A stretch of 64,000 bases of DNA from an uncultured delta proteobacterium (lineage in GTDB: Bacteria > Desulfobacterota > Desulfobacteria > Desulfobacterales > JAHEIW01), in contig CAVPNL010000004.1 in assembly GCA_963706575.1 (NCBI GenBank), forward strand, positions 448,001-512,000, written 5' to 3'. Each line of letters starts with the position of its first letter. The first letter of the stretch is position 1. This document shows, one piece after another, positions 28,864 to 39,162 of this stretch. Under the pieces are notes generated by a model that worked only from the letters and a program-made list of their open reading frames with translations, was not told the DNA's origin and made no database searches. A program made the translations under genes and the position numbers.

Positions 28864-29730
28864 CTACATAATGAAAGAGGTTACGATATAATCTGAAATC
28901 AGGATCATCACACATGAGAGCACCACCGCCGAAGTGGTGGACAGGCTCACACTTCTGGCGCCAAAGCTGTCGGTGCGCATATGAGTGTAAAAACCCTGAA
29001 AACAGCAAATGGTAACAACCAGAAGACCGAAGACCAATGATTTTACCAGACCCCCGGTAATATCTTCCATCTCAGTGGCGGAAACCACCCGGTAAAAATA
29101 CGCCCCGGAATTCACGCCCAGTAAAAGACAGCCGCTGACCCAGCCGCCGAGGATACCGATCATATCAAACAGGGTGGTCAAGATCGGAAAACTGATGACG
29201 GCCGCCGCAATCCGCGGACTGATCAAATACCCGACCGGATCGATGCGCATGGTCGACAGGGCATCGATCTGTTCGGAAATGCGCTGGATGCCGATTTCGG
29301 CGGTCATGGCCGACCCGGCCCGGGCGGTAATCATAATCGCGGTTAAAACCGGTCCCATTTCTCTGATCAACGAAAGGGCCACCGCGGTACCCAGCACCCC
29401 CACCGAGCCGAACTTAACCAGCACATGGTACAGCTGCAGGCCCAGGACCATACCGGTAAAAAAGCCCACCAGCATAACGATTTGGGCGGATTTGGCCCCG
29501 ATAAAATAAATCTGCTGGACGATGGCGGAAAACTGCCGGGGATGAAAAATCATGACCAGGGCGCGGAAAAAAAAGATCGCTATGGCGCCCAGGTTGCCGT
29601 TGATCCGGATCGCTCTGGCCCCGAATGGATGAAAAAGCCAGGTAAACGGATTGCCTGGCTTTGGTAACGCTATTTCCCCTGAAGGGTCTGGTTCGGAAGG
29701 ATTTTGTTCGCTTGAATTTTCTTCTGCCAT
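28864..29730 (-). CDS. mlaE: MlaE family ABC permease
   Basis: REMGPVLTAIMITARAGSAMTAEIG, SEQIDAL, STTSAVV. Confidence 0.95.
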   Translation of the reverse strand: MAEENSSEQNPSEPDPSGEIALPKPGNPFTWLFHPFGARAIRINGNLGAIAIFFFRALVMIFHPRQFSAIVQQIYFIGAKSAQIVMLVGFFTGMVLGLQLYHVLVKFGSVGVLGTAVALSLIREMGPVLTAIMITARAGSAMTAEIGIQRISEQIDALSTMRIDPVGYLISPRIAAAVISFPILTTLFDMIGILGGWVSGCLLLGVNSGAYFYRVVSATEMEDITGGLVKSLVFGLLVVTICCFQGFYTHMRTDSFGARSVSLSTTSAVVLSCVMILISDYIVTSFIM

Positions 29731-30158
29731 GTTTACTGTTCCCCCCCTTTTATAACCGAATAGTCTAAATTGATAGCAGGCATGCTACCCAAGGAATGAA
29801 ATATCCACCATTGGATTCAATTCTATTACCCCAGTGATTTTTATCATAAAAAATGCGAAGCGCAAGCATAAAATGAAAATGAGTACTATTTTAAGCAGGA
29901 TAGGCTGCCTTAGAGACTGGAAAAAGCGGTTTTAACAACCATTATAATTTCGGACACATTTTTCGCAGGATTATGATGGTTACGGCATGTATTGACTTTA
30001 AATTAGCAGATGATAATGTTTTCGAGCGGTTAGCGAAAAATATGAGGCGTTTAAAAGCCGGCGTCGAAGATTGGACACTACCGTAGTGGTTTGGAATTAT
30101 TCTGTCAATTGGACTTTGCGTATAGGTGGATTGGACCTAGGTCCAATAGGGGGAAAAT

Positions 30159-32264
30159 ATGGCAAACAGCCTTTACATCACCGCAGTGGCACCCGGAAGC
30201 GGCAAATCGGTTGTGGCCCTCGGTATTATGGAAATGCTTTCAAGACGAATCCGCCGCCTGGGTTATTTTCGACCCATCGTGCCTTCCGCAGAAGAACCGG
30301 ATAATAACATCCGGCTGATTAAGACACGTTACCACCTGGATCTGGATTATGAAGACATGTATGCCTGCGCACACGGTGACGCCCGTAACCTGGTTGCGGA
30401 AGGACGGGTTAAAACCCTTTTGAAGAACATTCTTAACAAATACAAAGCGCTGGAAAGTCGGTGTAATTTTGTTTTATGCGAGGGTACGGATTTTACCGGA
30501 GTGGGCTCCGCCTTTGAGTTCGAATTTAACGCCGATGTGGCCAACAATCTGGGAAGCGCAATTTTGGTGCTGGTCAACGGCCGCGGTAAATCACCCGATG
30601 AAAGCGTTGATGCCGCACAAGTGGCCAGGGAATCATTTGAAGATAAAGGGTGCACGGTGGCAGCCACCATCATTAACCGGGTGAATAATAAACAATTTGA
30701 GGATGTTAAGGATCAATTAAAAAAAATGGGCCTTGCAACAGAGCCGATTTACATTCTGCCCGAAGAGCCAAGCCTGGGGAAACCGACGGTCGGAGAAATC
30801 GCCCGCAACCTGAATGCCCAGATCCTGCAGGGTGAACCCACAGGGCTAAACCGCGATGTGCATGACTTCAAGGTTGCCGCCATGAATGTGCCGCATTTTT
30901 TGGATCGTATCGAAGACGGCGATCTCATTATCACACCGGGTGATCGTGCCGATGTGATTCTGGCAAGTCTGGCGACTACCGTCTCCGACACGTCGCCGAA
31001 TATCGCCGGGTTACTTTTGACCGGGGGGCTGACGCCGGAAGACCCGGTCCAGCGCCTGATCCAGGGCTTCAAAAAATATTCACCGCTTTCGGTGATCAAA
31101 GTAGATACCGACACCTACACCACCGCCATGAATGCCAGCGTGGTAAGACCGGCGCTGACACCTGAAAACGACCGCAAAATCGCCGCCGCATTAGGTGTTT
31201 TTGAATCCCACGTCAATACCCAAGAACTCGAGGACCGTATCCAGGTGGTGCGTTCCAATCGGGTCACGCCCATCATGTTCGAATATGAACTTATTGAAAG
31301 AGCCAAGGCCGATCGCCGCCGTATCGTCCTGCCCGAAGGCGCAGAAGAACGCATCCTGCGCGCCGGCGAAATCTTACTGCGGCGGGGTGTTGCCGACCTT
31401 ACGTTACTGGGCAACCCGGAAGAAATTAAAAATAAAATCGGGCTGCTGGGTCTCAATCTGGATGGAATCGAGATCATCGATCCGCACACATCCGAACATC
31501 GCCAGGACTTTGCCCGGACCTACTATGATTTGCGCAAGCACAAAGGCATATCGGAAGAAATGGCCGCTGACACGGTAAGCGATGTCAATTTTTTTGGGAC
31601 TCTGATGGTGTACAAAGATCTTTCCGACGGTATGGTATCGGGGTCCATTCACACCACCGGCGAAACGATTCTGCCGGCCCTTCAGATTATTCGCACCCGG
31701 CCGGGTTTTTCAGTGGTTTCCAGTGTTTTTTTGATGTGCCTGGCAGACCGGGTTCTGGTGTACGGAGATTGTGCGGTTAATCCCGATCCCAATGCCGAGC
31801 AGCTTGCGGAAATCGCCATCAGCTCAGCCGAAACCGCCGGCATTTATGGAATTCAGCCCCGCATCGCCATGTGCTCGTATTCCACCGGTGAATCCGGCAA
31901 GGGCGCAGAGGTTGATAAAGTGCGCCAGGCCACCCGCATCGTCAGGGAACGCCGGCCGGATTTAAAAATTGAAGGTCCGATTCAGTACGATGCCGCCGTG
32001 GATGCGGGAGTGGCGAAGACCAAAATGCCTGAAAGCGAGGTTGCCGGAAAGGCGACCGTTTTTATCTTTCCGGATTTAAATACGGGCAACAACCTGTACA
32101 AAGCCGTGCAGCGTTCCGCCAACGCGGTGGCCATCGGACCGATTCTGCAGGGATTGAATAAACCGGTCAACGATTTGAGCCGCGGCTGCACCATTGCCGA
32201 TATCGTCAACACCGTCGCTATCACAGCCATTCAGGCGCAAGCCGCGCGCCACCCGTCCAACTAA
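30159..32264 (+). CDS. pta: Phosphate acetyltransferase, long form
   Basis: N-terminal P-loop-like domain, DRTGG-type region (ITPGDRAD), RIVLPEG, YGDCAVNP, GPILQGLNKPVNDLSRG. Confidence 0.97.
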   Translation: MANSLYITAVAPGSGKSVVALGIMEMLSRRIRRLGYFRPIVPSAEEPDNNIRLIKTRYHLDLDYEDMYACAHGDARNLVAEGRVKTLLKNILNKYKALESRCNFVLCEGTDFTGVGSAFEFEFNADVANNLGSAILVLVNGRGKSPDESVDAAQVARESFEDKGCTVAATIINRVNNKQFEDVKDQLKKMGLATEPIYILPEEPSLGKPTVGEIARNLNAQILQGEPTGLNRDVHDFKVAAMNVPHFLDRIEDGDLIITPGDRADVILASLATTVSDTSPNIAGLLLTGGLTPEDPVQRLIQGFKKYSPLSVIKVDTDTYTTAMNASVVRPALTPENDRKIAAALGVFESHVNTQELEDRIQVVRSNRVTPIMFEYELIERAKADRRRIVLPEGAEERILRAGEILLRRGVADLTLLGNPEEIKNKIGLLGLNLDGIEIIDPHTSEHRQDFARTYYDLRKHKGISEEMAADTVSDVNFFGTLMVYKDLSDGMVSGSIHTTGETILPALQIIRTRPGFSVVSSVFLMCLADRVLVYGDCAVNPDPNAEQLAEIAISSAETAGIYGIQPRIAMCSYSTGESGKGAEVDKVRQATRIVRERRPDLKIEGPIQYDAAVDAGVAKTKMPESEVAGKATVFIFPDLNTGNNLYKAVQRSANAVAIGPILQGLNKPVNDLSRGCTIADIVNTVAITAIQAQAARHPSN

Positions 32265-32326
32265 AGATGTAGGATAAAAACTCTCTGGCAGAATAGTAAC
32301 CTCTAAAGCTAATAAGATGCTATTTA

Positions 32327-32359
32327 AATTGCGGATTGCAGATTGCGGATTGCGGATTT
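32327..32359. repeat. GATTGCG heptamer array, left arm of four-helix-bundle cassette 2
   Basis: aattgcg gattgca gattgcg gattgcg gattt. Confidence 0.93.
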
Positions 32360-32433
32360 AAAAAAGAATGCATTTAGGCATTATTGAAGGATCGGGAGGT
32401 TTAATATTCAAGAGAAACAATATGGAGGATCAA

Positions 32434-32805
32434 ATGGGTAATGGAAAAGCGATGAATCCAGAGGTCATGAAAGATAGGACAAAGAAATTTGCGAAACAAA
32501 TCATTCTCCTTTGCCGAAAAATGCCTAAAAATCGAGAAGGAAATTTGATTGGAAATCAAATATTCAGATCAGGCTCTTCTGTGGCATCCAACTATCGTGC
32601 AGCGTGCAGAGGGAGATCTAAAGCTGAATTCATTGCTAAAATGGGTATTGTAGAAGAAGAGGCTGATGAAACACTATTTTGGTTAGAGGTAATAGAAGAG
32701 GTAGAAATCTTTAAGAAAGATTCAATTTCATCTTTGATGCAAGAATGCAATGAGATTTTATCTATAGTAGTATCATCAATAAATACAGCCCGAAAAAGAA
32801 AGTAA
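32434..32805 (+). CDS. Four helix bundle protein (23S rRNA-IVP / Avd-like family)
   Basis: MKDRTKKFA, QIFRSGSSVASNYRAACRGRSKAEFIAKMGIVEEEADETLFWLE. AT-rich; GGAGG RBS 5 nt before ATG 32434 (exact start uncertain). Confidence 0.93.
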   Translation: MGNGKAMNPEVMKDRTKKFAKQIILLCRKMPKNREGNLIGNQIFRSGSSVASNYRAACRGRSKAEFIAKMGIVEEEADETLFWLEVIEEVEIFKKDSISSLMQECNEILSIVVSSINTARKRK

Positions 32806-32835
32806 GGTTATGATACAAATCAATAAATTCGAATT

Positions 32836-32866
32836 AATCCGCAATCTGCAATCCGAAATCCGCAAT
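32836..32866. repeat. AATCCGC heptamer array, right (inverted) arm of cassette 2
   Basis: aatccgc aatctgc aatccga aatccgc aat, ending just before the ackA RBS. Confidence 0.93.
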
Positions 32867-32880
32867 ACACAAGGTGGATT

Positions 32881-34098
32881 ATGAAAATTTTGGTGATCAA
32901 CTCCGGCAGTTCGTCCATCAAATACCGCCTCTTCGAGATGACCGAAAAAACCGTACTGGCATCCGGTGTTATGGAGCAAATCGGGGAAGCCCAAAGCCGT
33001 CTTACCCATCATGCCCGCAACAGCAAAGGTGAAATGGAAGAAATTGTCAACAGCGAGACTGTTGTCGATCATCAGGCGGGATTTCAGCTGATCGGGGCTG
33101 TTATGGGCGCATCGGGCGCTCTGCAGGATACCCAGGAACTGTCCGGTATCGGTCATCGAGTGGTACACGGCGGCGAAGAATTTAAACAACCAACGCTTAT
33201 CAATAAGAAAGTCATCGACACCATTCGTCGGCTGAGCCCCCTGGCCCCGCTGCACAATCCGGCCAATCTGCAGGGTATTGAAGTGGCCATACAGAGTGCA
33301 CCGCAGGTGCCCCAGGTCGCCGTCTTTGATACGGCCTTTCACCAGTCGATTCCGGTGCATGCCTTTCGCTATGCCATTCCGCAGAATCTCTACGAGGCCC
33401 ATCATGTGCGCCGCTATGGCTTCCACGGCACCTCGCACCATTACGTCACCAAACAGGCTGCAGCTTTAATGGACCGGCCCCTGGACGCCTTAAACCTGAT
33501 CACGCTGCATCTGGGAAACGGTGCCAGCGCAGCTGCCGTAAGAGGAGGTAAAAGTATCGACACCTCCATGGGCATGACGCCGCTGGAAGGCTTGATCATG
33601 GGCACCCGCTGCGGCGATATCGACCCGGCCATCATTTTTTACCTGAAGAGGAAGACCGGTCTGACCAGAGATGAAGTCGAAACCTTACTGAACAAAGACA
33701 GCGGCCTGAAGGGCATCTGCGGTGTCAATGACATGCGGCAAATTGAAGAACTCGCCCAGTCTGGCAATTCTCGGGCACTGCTGGCAATCGAGATGGTTTG
33801 CTACCGCATCAAAAAATATATTGGCGCCTATTATGCCGTCCTCGGCCGTCTCGATGCGCTTGTTTTTACGGCGGGAATTGGAGAAAAATCTCCTCTGATT
33901 CGGGCCGGTGCCTGCCGGGGACTGTCGCATCTGGGCATCGAGATTGACCCTGAAAAGAATAACCGGAAGTCAAAAAAAGCATTTGAGATTCAAACCCGGG
34001 GCGGTACTGTCAGGGTTCTTGTTATCCCAACCAACGAGGAACTCGAAATTGCCGAACAGACCCTGATGTGCATCCAAAAATTACCAAGGCCAGAATAA
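32881..34098 (+). CDS. ackA: Acetate kinase
   Basis: LVINSGSSSIK, GHRVVHGG, APLHNP, YGFHGTSH, TSMGMTPLEG, PTNEEL. Confidence 0.98.
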   Translation: MKILVINSGSSSIKYRLFEMTEKTVLASGVMEQIGEAQSRLTHHARNSKGEMEEIVNSETVVDHQAGFQLIGAVMGASGALQDTQELSGIGHRVVHGGEEFKQPTLINKKVIDTIRRLSPLAPLHNPANLQGIEVAIQSAPQVPQVAVFDTAFHQSIPVHAFRYAIPQNLYEAHHVRRYGFHGTSHHYVTKQAAALMDRPLDALNLITLHLGNGASAAAVRGGKSIDTSMGMTPLEGLIMGTRCGDIDPAIIFYLKRKTGLTRDEVETLLNKDSGLKGICGVNDMRQIEELAQSGNSRALLAIEMVCYRIKKYIGAYYAVLGRLDALVFTAGIGEKSPLIRAGACRGLSHLGIEIDPEKNNRKSKKAFEIQTRGGTVRVLVIPTNEELEIAEQTLMCIQKLPRPE

Positions 34099-34576
34099 CC
34101 GCTATTAGGAGAAAAACGATATCACTAAAAGACATCGTTTACTAGTGAGCAGTCAAATGTAATAGTACTTTTCTAGTTGCCTAATATGGCGGGAAAAAAA
34201 TTCTTGCTTCTAAGATAAAAAAAATATTAGTTTGGCAGTGGGGATCTGTGGGGCCTAACATAGAATTTTCTTCTTCTGCTTTACAATTAAAGAATATTTT
34301 CTGTTTCGACGTACAGCAATTTGCCTCTGCTCGTCGGATAATCCCCCGTGAGCTTAATGCATTTTTTTGGATTAAAGCTGCCGACCGCACCTTCCTCCGG
34401 TATATATACGATATTCAATTTTTTGCCGTCTTTTTTGAACTTGACGATCAATGAGTGGGGCTTATTTTACCTCTATGTTTCGAATTTTAATTCAAGCACT
34501 TGTCTTTAATATTTCTTTAACATAGCTCCGGTAAACAACAGAATTAACCTGACTTAATTTTTAGAGGAAAACCTGC

Positions 34577-36400
34577 ATGAAACAGAAATGGAAAACGGGA
34601 ATCGTTATTGTGCTGTGCTGCCTGTGTTTTGCAGTCCTGTGGACGGGGATTGCGTCAGCGGCGGAGCCGGTATCATCAGACGCCGGAAATTTTCCTCGCA
34701 GTTTAGAGAGCTATAAAGATGCGGATGCCGGCAGCATCTGGGCAATTTTGAAAAATCGCGTTAAAGAAGAGCCCTTCAATCTAATCGCCACCCTGATTTT
34801 CTTTCTGGCGATCGTCCACACCTTTATGACCGGCAGGTTCATGGTCACTGCCCACAAATGGGAGCATGAACATCAAGAAAAAATCAAAAGCGGCGCAGCG
34901 GACCGAGATTCGGTCCATCACAGGGCTGAATTGTTTCATTTTCTGGGTGAAGTTGAGGCGGTCTTTGGAATCTGGGTCATCGCGCTGGTTATTGCCATTT
35001 TCGGTTTTTACGATTGGAAAACCATTGTGAACTACATCAGCTACGGGGTCAACTTTACCGAGCCGCTGTTTGTCGTGGTGATCATGACGCTGGCGGCCAC
35101 CCGCCCGATTTTGAGACTGTCGGAAGCCATCATCCGCAGGATCGCCAACCTGCTCGGCGGCACGTTGACCGCCCAGTGGCTGACCACTCTGACCATCGGC
35201 CCGCTTTTAGGATCGTTTATCACCGAGCCTGCCGCCATGACCATATCCGCCCTGGTGCTGGCCCGGATGCTATATGCGCTCGAGCCCAGCCAGAGATTTA
35301 AATACGCTACTCTGGGTTTATTATTTGTAAACATCTCGGTTGGCGGCACGCTGACCCACTTTGCCGCCCCGCCTGTATTGATGGTCGCCGGTCCCTGGAA
35401 ATGGACTACGGGGCACATGCTTGTCAACTTTGGTTGGAAGGCCATCATTGGTATCCTCCTTTCCAACGGAATTTACTTTTGGGTGTTCCGTAAGGAGATG
35501 GAAAAGCTGGAGCAAAAATCCATGCTGGTGCGTCTCAAAGATGAAATTCAGGAAAAGTATCTGAAACGCAGGGACATGGACGCCCGATTTGAAGAATTCG
35601 TGAGGGAAGTCGACGGTGAACAGGAAACGCTGAGAGCCGTTGATAAGCAAATACAAAAAGTCGCGAGCGAAGTCAGACAGCGATTGGAAAATCGCTATAT
35701 CCCGGAACTGGTCGATAAGGGCATCGATGAAGATCTGGTCCAGCAGGCATTCGAGCAGCGATTCGAGGAAATAAGGCTGCGCGCCATGCGTCGGGGACTG
35801 CCCGCGCTGCTTTCGCCTGAACAGCGGGGAAATTTCACGGATCCCGATTGGGACAACCGCGACGATCCGGTCCCCGTCTGGGTGACCATCATGCATGTCT
35901 TTTTCATTGCCTGGACCATTTTAAACGCCCACCATCCGGAACTGTTTATTCCGGGGATGTTGTTCTTTCTGGGATTTGCCGAGGTTACCAAGCCCTTTCA
36001 GAATCGGGTTGATCTCAAGCCTGCGCTGCTGGTTGGGTTTTTTCTGGGTGGGCTGGTGATCCACGGCGGCGTGCAAGGCTGGTGGATTGCGCCGATTCTG
36101 GGTAATTTGTCTGAAATTCCATTAATGCTGGGCGCCACCATTCTGACGGCTTTCAATGACAACGCCGCCATTACCTTTTTAAGCACCCTGGTGCCGGACT
36201 TTACCGACAGCCTCAAATATGCGGTGGTGGCCGGGGCCGTTGCTGGCGGCGGTTTGACTATCATTGCCAATGCCCCCAACCCGGCCGGTGTTTCGATTCT
36301 GAAGAAATATTTTAACAATGAGGTCTCACCCGGCGGTATCCTGGCCGGCGCCGTGGTCCCGACGGCCATCGTGTGGCTTATCTTTCTGGTGTTCCGCTAA
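34577..36400 (+). CDS. Putative Na+/H+ antiporter (DUF1504-like)
   Basis: HFLGEVEAVFGIW, GSFITEPAAMT, NISVGGTLTHFAAPPVLMVA, DNAAITFL, GGGLTIIANAPNPAG. Confidence 0.85.
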   Translation: MKQKWKTGIVIVLCCLCFAVLWTGIASAAEPVSSDAGNFPRSLESYKDADAGSIWAILKNRVKEEPFNLIATLIFFLAIVHTFMTGRFMVTAHKWEHEHQEKIKSGAADRDSVHHRAELFHFLGEVEAVFGIWVIALVIAIFGFYDWKTIVNYISYGVNFTEPLFVVVIMTLAATRPILRLSEAIIRRIANLLGGTLTAQWLTTLTIGPLLGSFITEPAAMTISALVLARMLYALEPSQRFKYATLGLLFVNISVGGTLTHFAAPPVLMVAGPWKWTTGHMLVNFGWKAIIGILLSNGIYFWVFRKEMEKLEQKSMLVRLKDEIQEKYLKRRDMDARFEEFVREVDGEQETLRAVDKQIQKVASEVRQRLENRYIPELVDKGIDEDLVQQAFEQRFEEIRLRAMRRGLPALLSPEQRGNFTDPDWDNRDDPVPVWVTIMHVFFIAWTILNAHHPELFIPGMLFFLGFAEVTKPFQNRVDLKPALLVGFFLGGLVIHGGVQGWWIAPILGNLSEIPLMLGATILTAFNDNAAITFLSTLVPDFTDSLKYAVVAGAVAGGGLTIIANAPNPAGVSILKKYFNNEVSPGGILAGAVVPTAIVWLIFLVFR

Positions 36401-36444
36401 TGCAGGTATCGCTGTGAACTGCTTCTTTCAGGCAGAGAGGATAA

Positions 36445-38103
36445 ATGAAACCGTTAAAAAAAGCTGAAAAATTCAAAGGCCCCCAAGGACCGGTTGTACT
36501 GGCGATTTTGGATGGTGTCGGTATCGGCACCTGTGCGGAGGGCGATATAGTCAGCCGGGCAAATACGCCGACACTGGATTGGCTGGCCCAAAATGCCCTG
36601 AATGCCAGGCTCAAGGCTCATGGAACGGCAGTGGGCATGCCCTCGGATTCGGATATGGGCAACAGTGAGATCGGTCACAACGCTATCGGATGCGGCCGCG
36701 TTTTTGCTCAAGGTGCCAAGCTGGTAAATGAATCCATCGAAAGCCGCACCCTTTTTGAGGGAGACGTTTGGAAAGAATTAATTGAGAACGTCGTCGGCCA
36801 TGATTCCAGGCTGCATTTTATCGGCCTATTCTCAGACGGCAACGTGCACAGTCATATCGACCATCTGGAGGCCATGCTGGCCGAGGCCAAAAACCAGGGT
36901 GTTAAAAAAGCCTGCGTTCATATCCTGCTGGATGGGCGCGATGTGCCGCCGACCTCGGCCTTGGAATATGTCGATCGGCTCGAAGAATTTTTGTCTGCGC
37001 TTAAAAAGGACAGCAAAATTGATTTTGCGATTGCATCCGGCGGCGGGCGCATGCAAATAACCATGGACCGCTACCAGGCCAACTGGGGCATGGTTGAACT
37101 GGGATGGAAAACCCATGTCCGGGGCGAGGGTAGAAAATTCGGATCTGCCCGGGAGGCGATTGAAACGTTGCGCCAGGAAAATCCGGATGTCATCGACCAG
37201 GATCTTCCGCCATTTGTCATCGGCCGCAACAACTCGCCCCTGGGGCCCATTGAGAAAAATGACAGCGTCATTTTTTTTAATTTCCGCGGCGATCGAGCCA
37301 TTGAGATCAGTAAGGCTTTTGAAGAAGATGAATTTGACAAATTTGCCCGGGGACCCAAACCTGATGTCAAATATGCCGGCATGATGCAATACGACGGTGA
37401 CGCGCTGATTCCGCAAAAGTATCTGGTGAATCCGCCCGGGATTGACCGCACCGTCGGCGAGTATCTGGTCAAGGCCGGCGTCAAGCAGCTGGCCATCAGT
37501 GAAACTCAGAAATTTGGCCATGTGACCTATTTTTTTAACGGCAACCGCTCCGGCAAGTTCGACGATCGTTTAGAGGATTACATCGAGGTGCCCTCTGACA
37601 ATGTCCCATTTGAGGAACGCCCCTGGATGAAAGCGGCCGAGATTACCGACAAGGTCGTCGATGCCATCTTGGGCGGCACATACGATTTTATCCGGCTCAA
37701 TTATGCCAACGGTGACATGGTCGGGCATACCGGTATCCCCGATGCAGTTGAAATCGCCGTTGAAACCGTCGACCTGTGTATCCGTCGACTTGTCAAGGCG
37801 GTAAAAAAAGCCAACGGCATTCTGGTTGTCACAGCGGATCACGGCAATGCGGACGATATGTACGAGTGCAATTATAAAACGGGCGAAATCATCTATGATG
37901 AGAAAACCGGTAAACCCAAATCGCGAACGGCCCATTCACTGAATCCGGTATTTGCCTATGTGTTTGAGCCAACCGGCAGCATAAAAATGAAGCTTTCGAA
38001 TCATAAGGACCCGGGTATCAGCAATCTGGCGGCAACGTGTTTGACGCTGCTGGGTTTTGAACCGCCGGAAGATTATACGCCGAGTATCGTCGTCATCAAT
38101 TAA
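36445..38103 (+). CDS. gpmI: 2,3-bisphosphoglycerate-independent phosphoglycerate mutase
   Basis: ILDGVG, MGNSEIGH, SDGNVHSH, ETQKFGHVTYFFNG, DMVGHTG, TADHGN. Confidence 0.97.
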   Translation: MKPLKKAEKFKGPQGPVVLAILDGVGIGTCAEGDIVSRANTPTLDWLAQNALNARLKAHGTAVGMPSDSDMGNSEIGHNAIGCGRVFAQGAKLVNESIESRTLFEGDVWKELIENVVGHDSRLHFIGLFSDGNVHSHIDHLEAMLAEAKNQGVKKACVHILLDGRDVPPTSALEYVDRLEEFLSALKKDSKIDFAIASGGGRMQITMDRYQANWGMVELGWKTHVRGEGRKFGSAREAIETLRQENPDVIDQDLPPFVIGRNNSPLGPIEKNDSVIFFNFRGDRAIEISKAFEEDEFDKFARGPKPDVKYAGMMQYDGDALIPQKYLVNPPGIDRTVGEYLVKAGVKQLAISETQKFGHVTYFFNGNRSGKFDDRLEDYIEVPSDNVPFEERPWMKAAEITDKVVDAILGGTYDFIRLNYANGDMVGHTGIPDAVEIAVETVDLCIRRLVKAVKKANGILVVTADHGNADDMYECNYKTGEIIYDEKTGKPKSRTAHSLNPVFAYVFEPTGSIKMKLSNHKDPGISNLAATCLTLLGFEPPEDYTPSIVVIN

Positions 38104-38142
38104 TTCTCATAATGTTAAATAACGCTGTCAAGGAGGTGACGT

Positions 38143-39162
38143 ATGGCAACAACAATCGGTCTAATGGGCTTTGGAAGAATCGGAAGAAATTTATTCCGGA
38201 TTCTTTACCAGAGCGAAGACATTAAACTGGCCGCCATCAGTGACATTGCCGATCACAAGGCACTCGAGTACCTCTTGCGCTTTGATACGATTCTGGGGCC
38301 TTTCCCCGATGAGGTCAGCGTAGCGGAAGGCAACCTCTATGTGATCGGCCGCCAGATTCCCATGCTTTCTGAAAAAGAGCCCGGAGATGTCCCCTGGGGG
38401 GATTTAGGGGTGGATATTGTTATAGAAGCCACCGCCCAGAATCGGACCCGGGAGGACTTCGAAAAACACCTGAAGCAGGGTGCCAAGCGCGTGATTCTAT
38501 GCGTACCCCAGAAGACACCACCGGATATCACCGTGGTGATGGGAGTCAACGATGATCAGCTGAAAGCGGAACACCGGATTGTTTCCAATGGGTCCTGCAC
38601 AGCGCATTGCGCCGCACCGGTGGTCAAGATCCTGCACGAGGCCTTTGGCATCCAGAGAGCGTTTTTAAGTACCGTTCACGCCTATACCAATCAGCAACGC
38701 CTGGCGGATGTGCCTTCCGAGGATAAACGGCGCGGCCGCGCTGCCGCCGAAAATATCATCCCCCAGGAGACCAATGCTACCCAGGTGGTCACCGGGCTGA
38801 TTCCGGACCTTGCCGGGCGGCTGAGCGGTGCCTCCATGAACGTACCGGTCCCCAACGGGTCGGTGGTGGATTTGGTCTGCTGGCACGAGAAACCGGTGAC
38901 GGAACTGGCGATAAACGAGGTGATCCGAACCGCGGCGGCTTCGAATCGATGGCGGGGGATTCTGAACTATGAGGATGACCCCATTGTTTCCAGTGATATT
39001 ATTCGCAGTACCTACTCCAGCACTTTCGATTCCCTGGCAACAATGGTCCAAAAGGAAAGCGTTTCCAAAACACTGTCCTGGTATGACAATGGCTGGGGGT
39101 ACGCCCATCGGGTGGTTGATTTGATTAAAAAGTTTATGGAAATAGACAAGGAGGCCGCATAA
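38143..39162 (+). CDS. Divergent type I GAPDH-family protein (copy 1)
   Basis: GFGRIGR and catalytic Cys in SNGSCTAHC, but several conserved residues are altered (see findings). Confidence 0.9.
   Translation: MATTIGLMGFGRIGRNLFRILYQSEDIKLAAISDIADHKALEYLLRFDTILGPFPDEVSVAEGNLYVIGRQIPMLSEKEPGDVPWGDLGVDIVIEATAQNRTREDFEKHLKQGAKRVILCVPQKTPPDITVVMGVNDDQLKAEHRIVSNGSCTAHCAAPVVKILHEAFGIQRAFLSTVHAYTNQQRLADVPSEDKRRGRAAAENIIPQETNATQVVTGLIPDLAGRLSGASMNVPVPNGSVVDLVCWHEKPVTELAINEVIRTAAASNRWRGILNYEDDPIVSSDIIRSTYSSTFDSLATMVQKESVSKTLSWYDNGWGYAHRVVDLIKKFMEIDKEAA

Noticed and set aside
4035..32805. Diversity-generating retroelement or rRNA IVS, suggested by the Avd/IVP-like proteins
   Set aside because: No reverse transcriptase, no TR/VR pair and no rRNA gene in the window.
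34287..34451. 54-codon minus-strand ORF (LIVKFKKDGKKLNIVYIPEEG...)
   Set aside because: TTG start without a well-placed RBS and no recognisable family. It may be a gene remnant, but I cannot support it.
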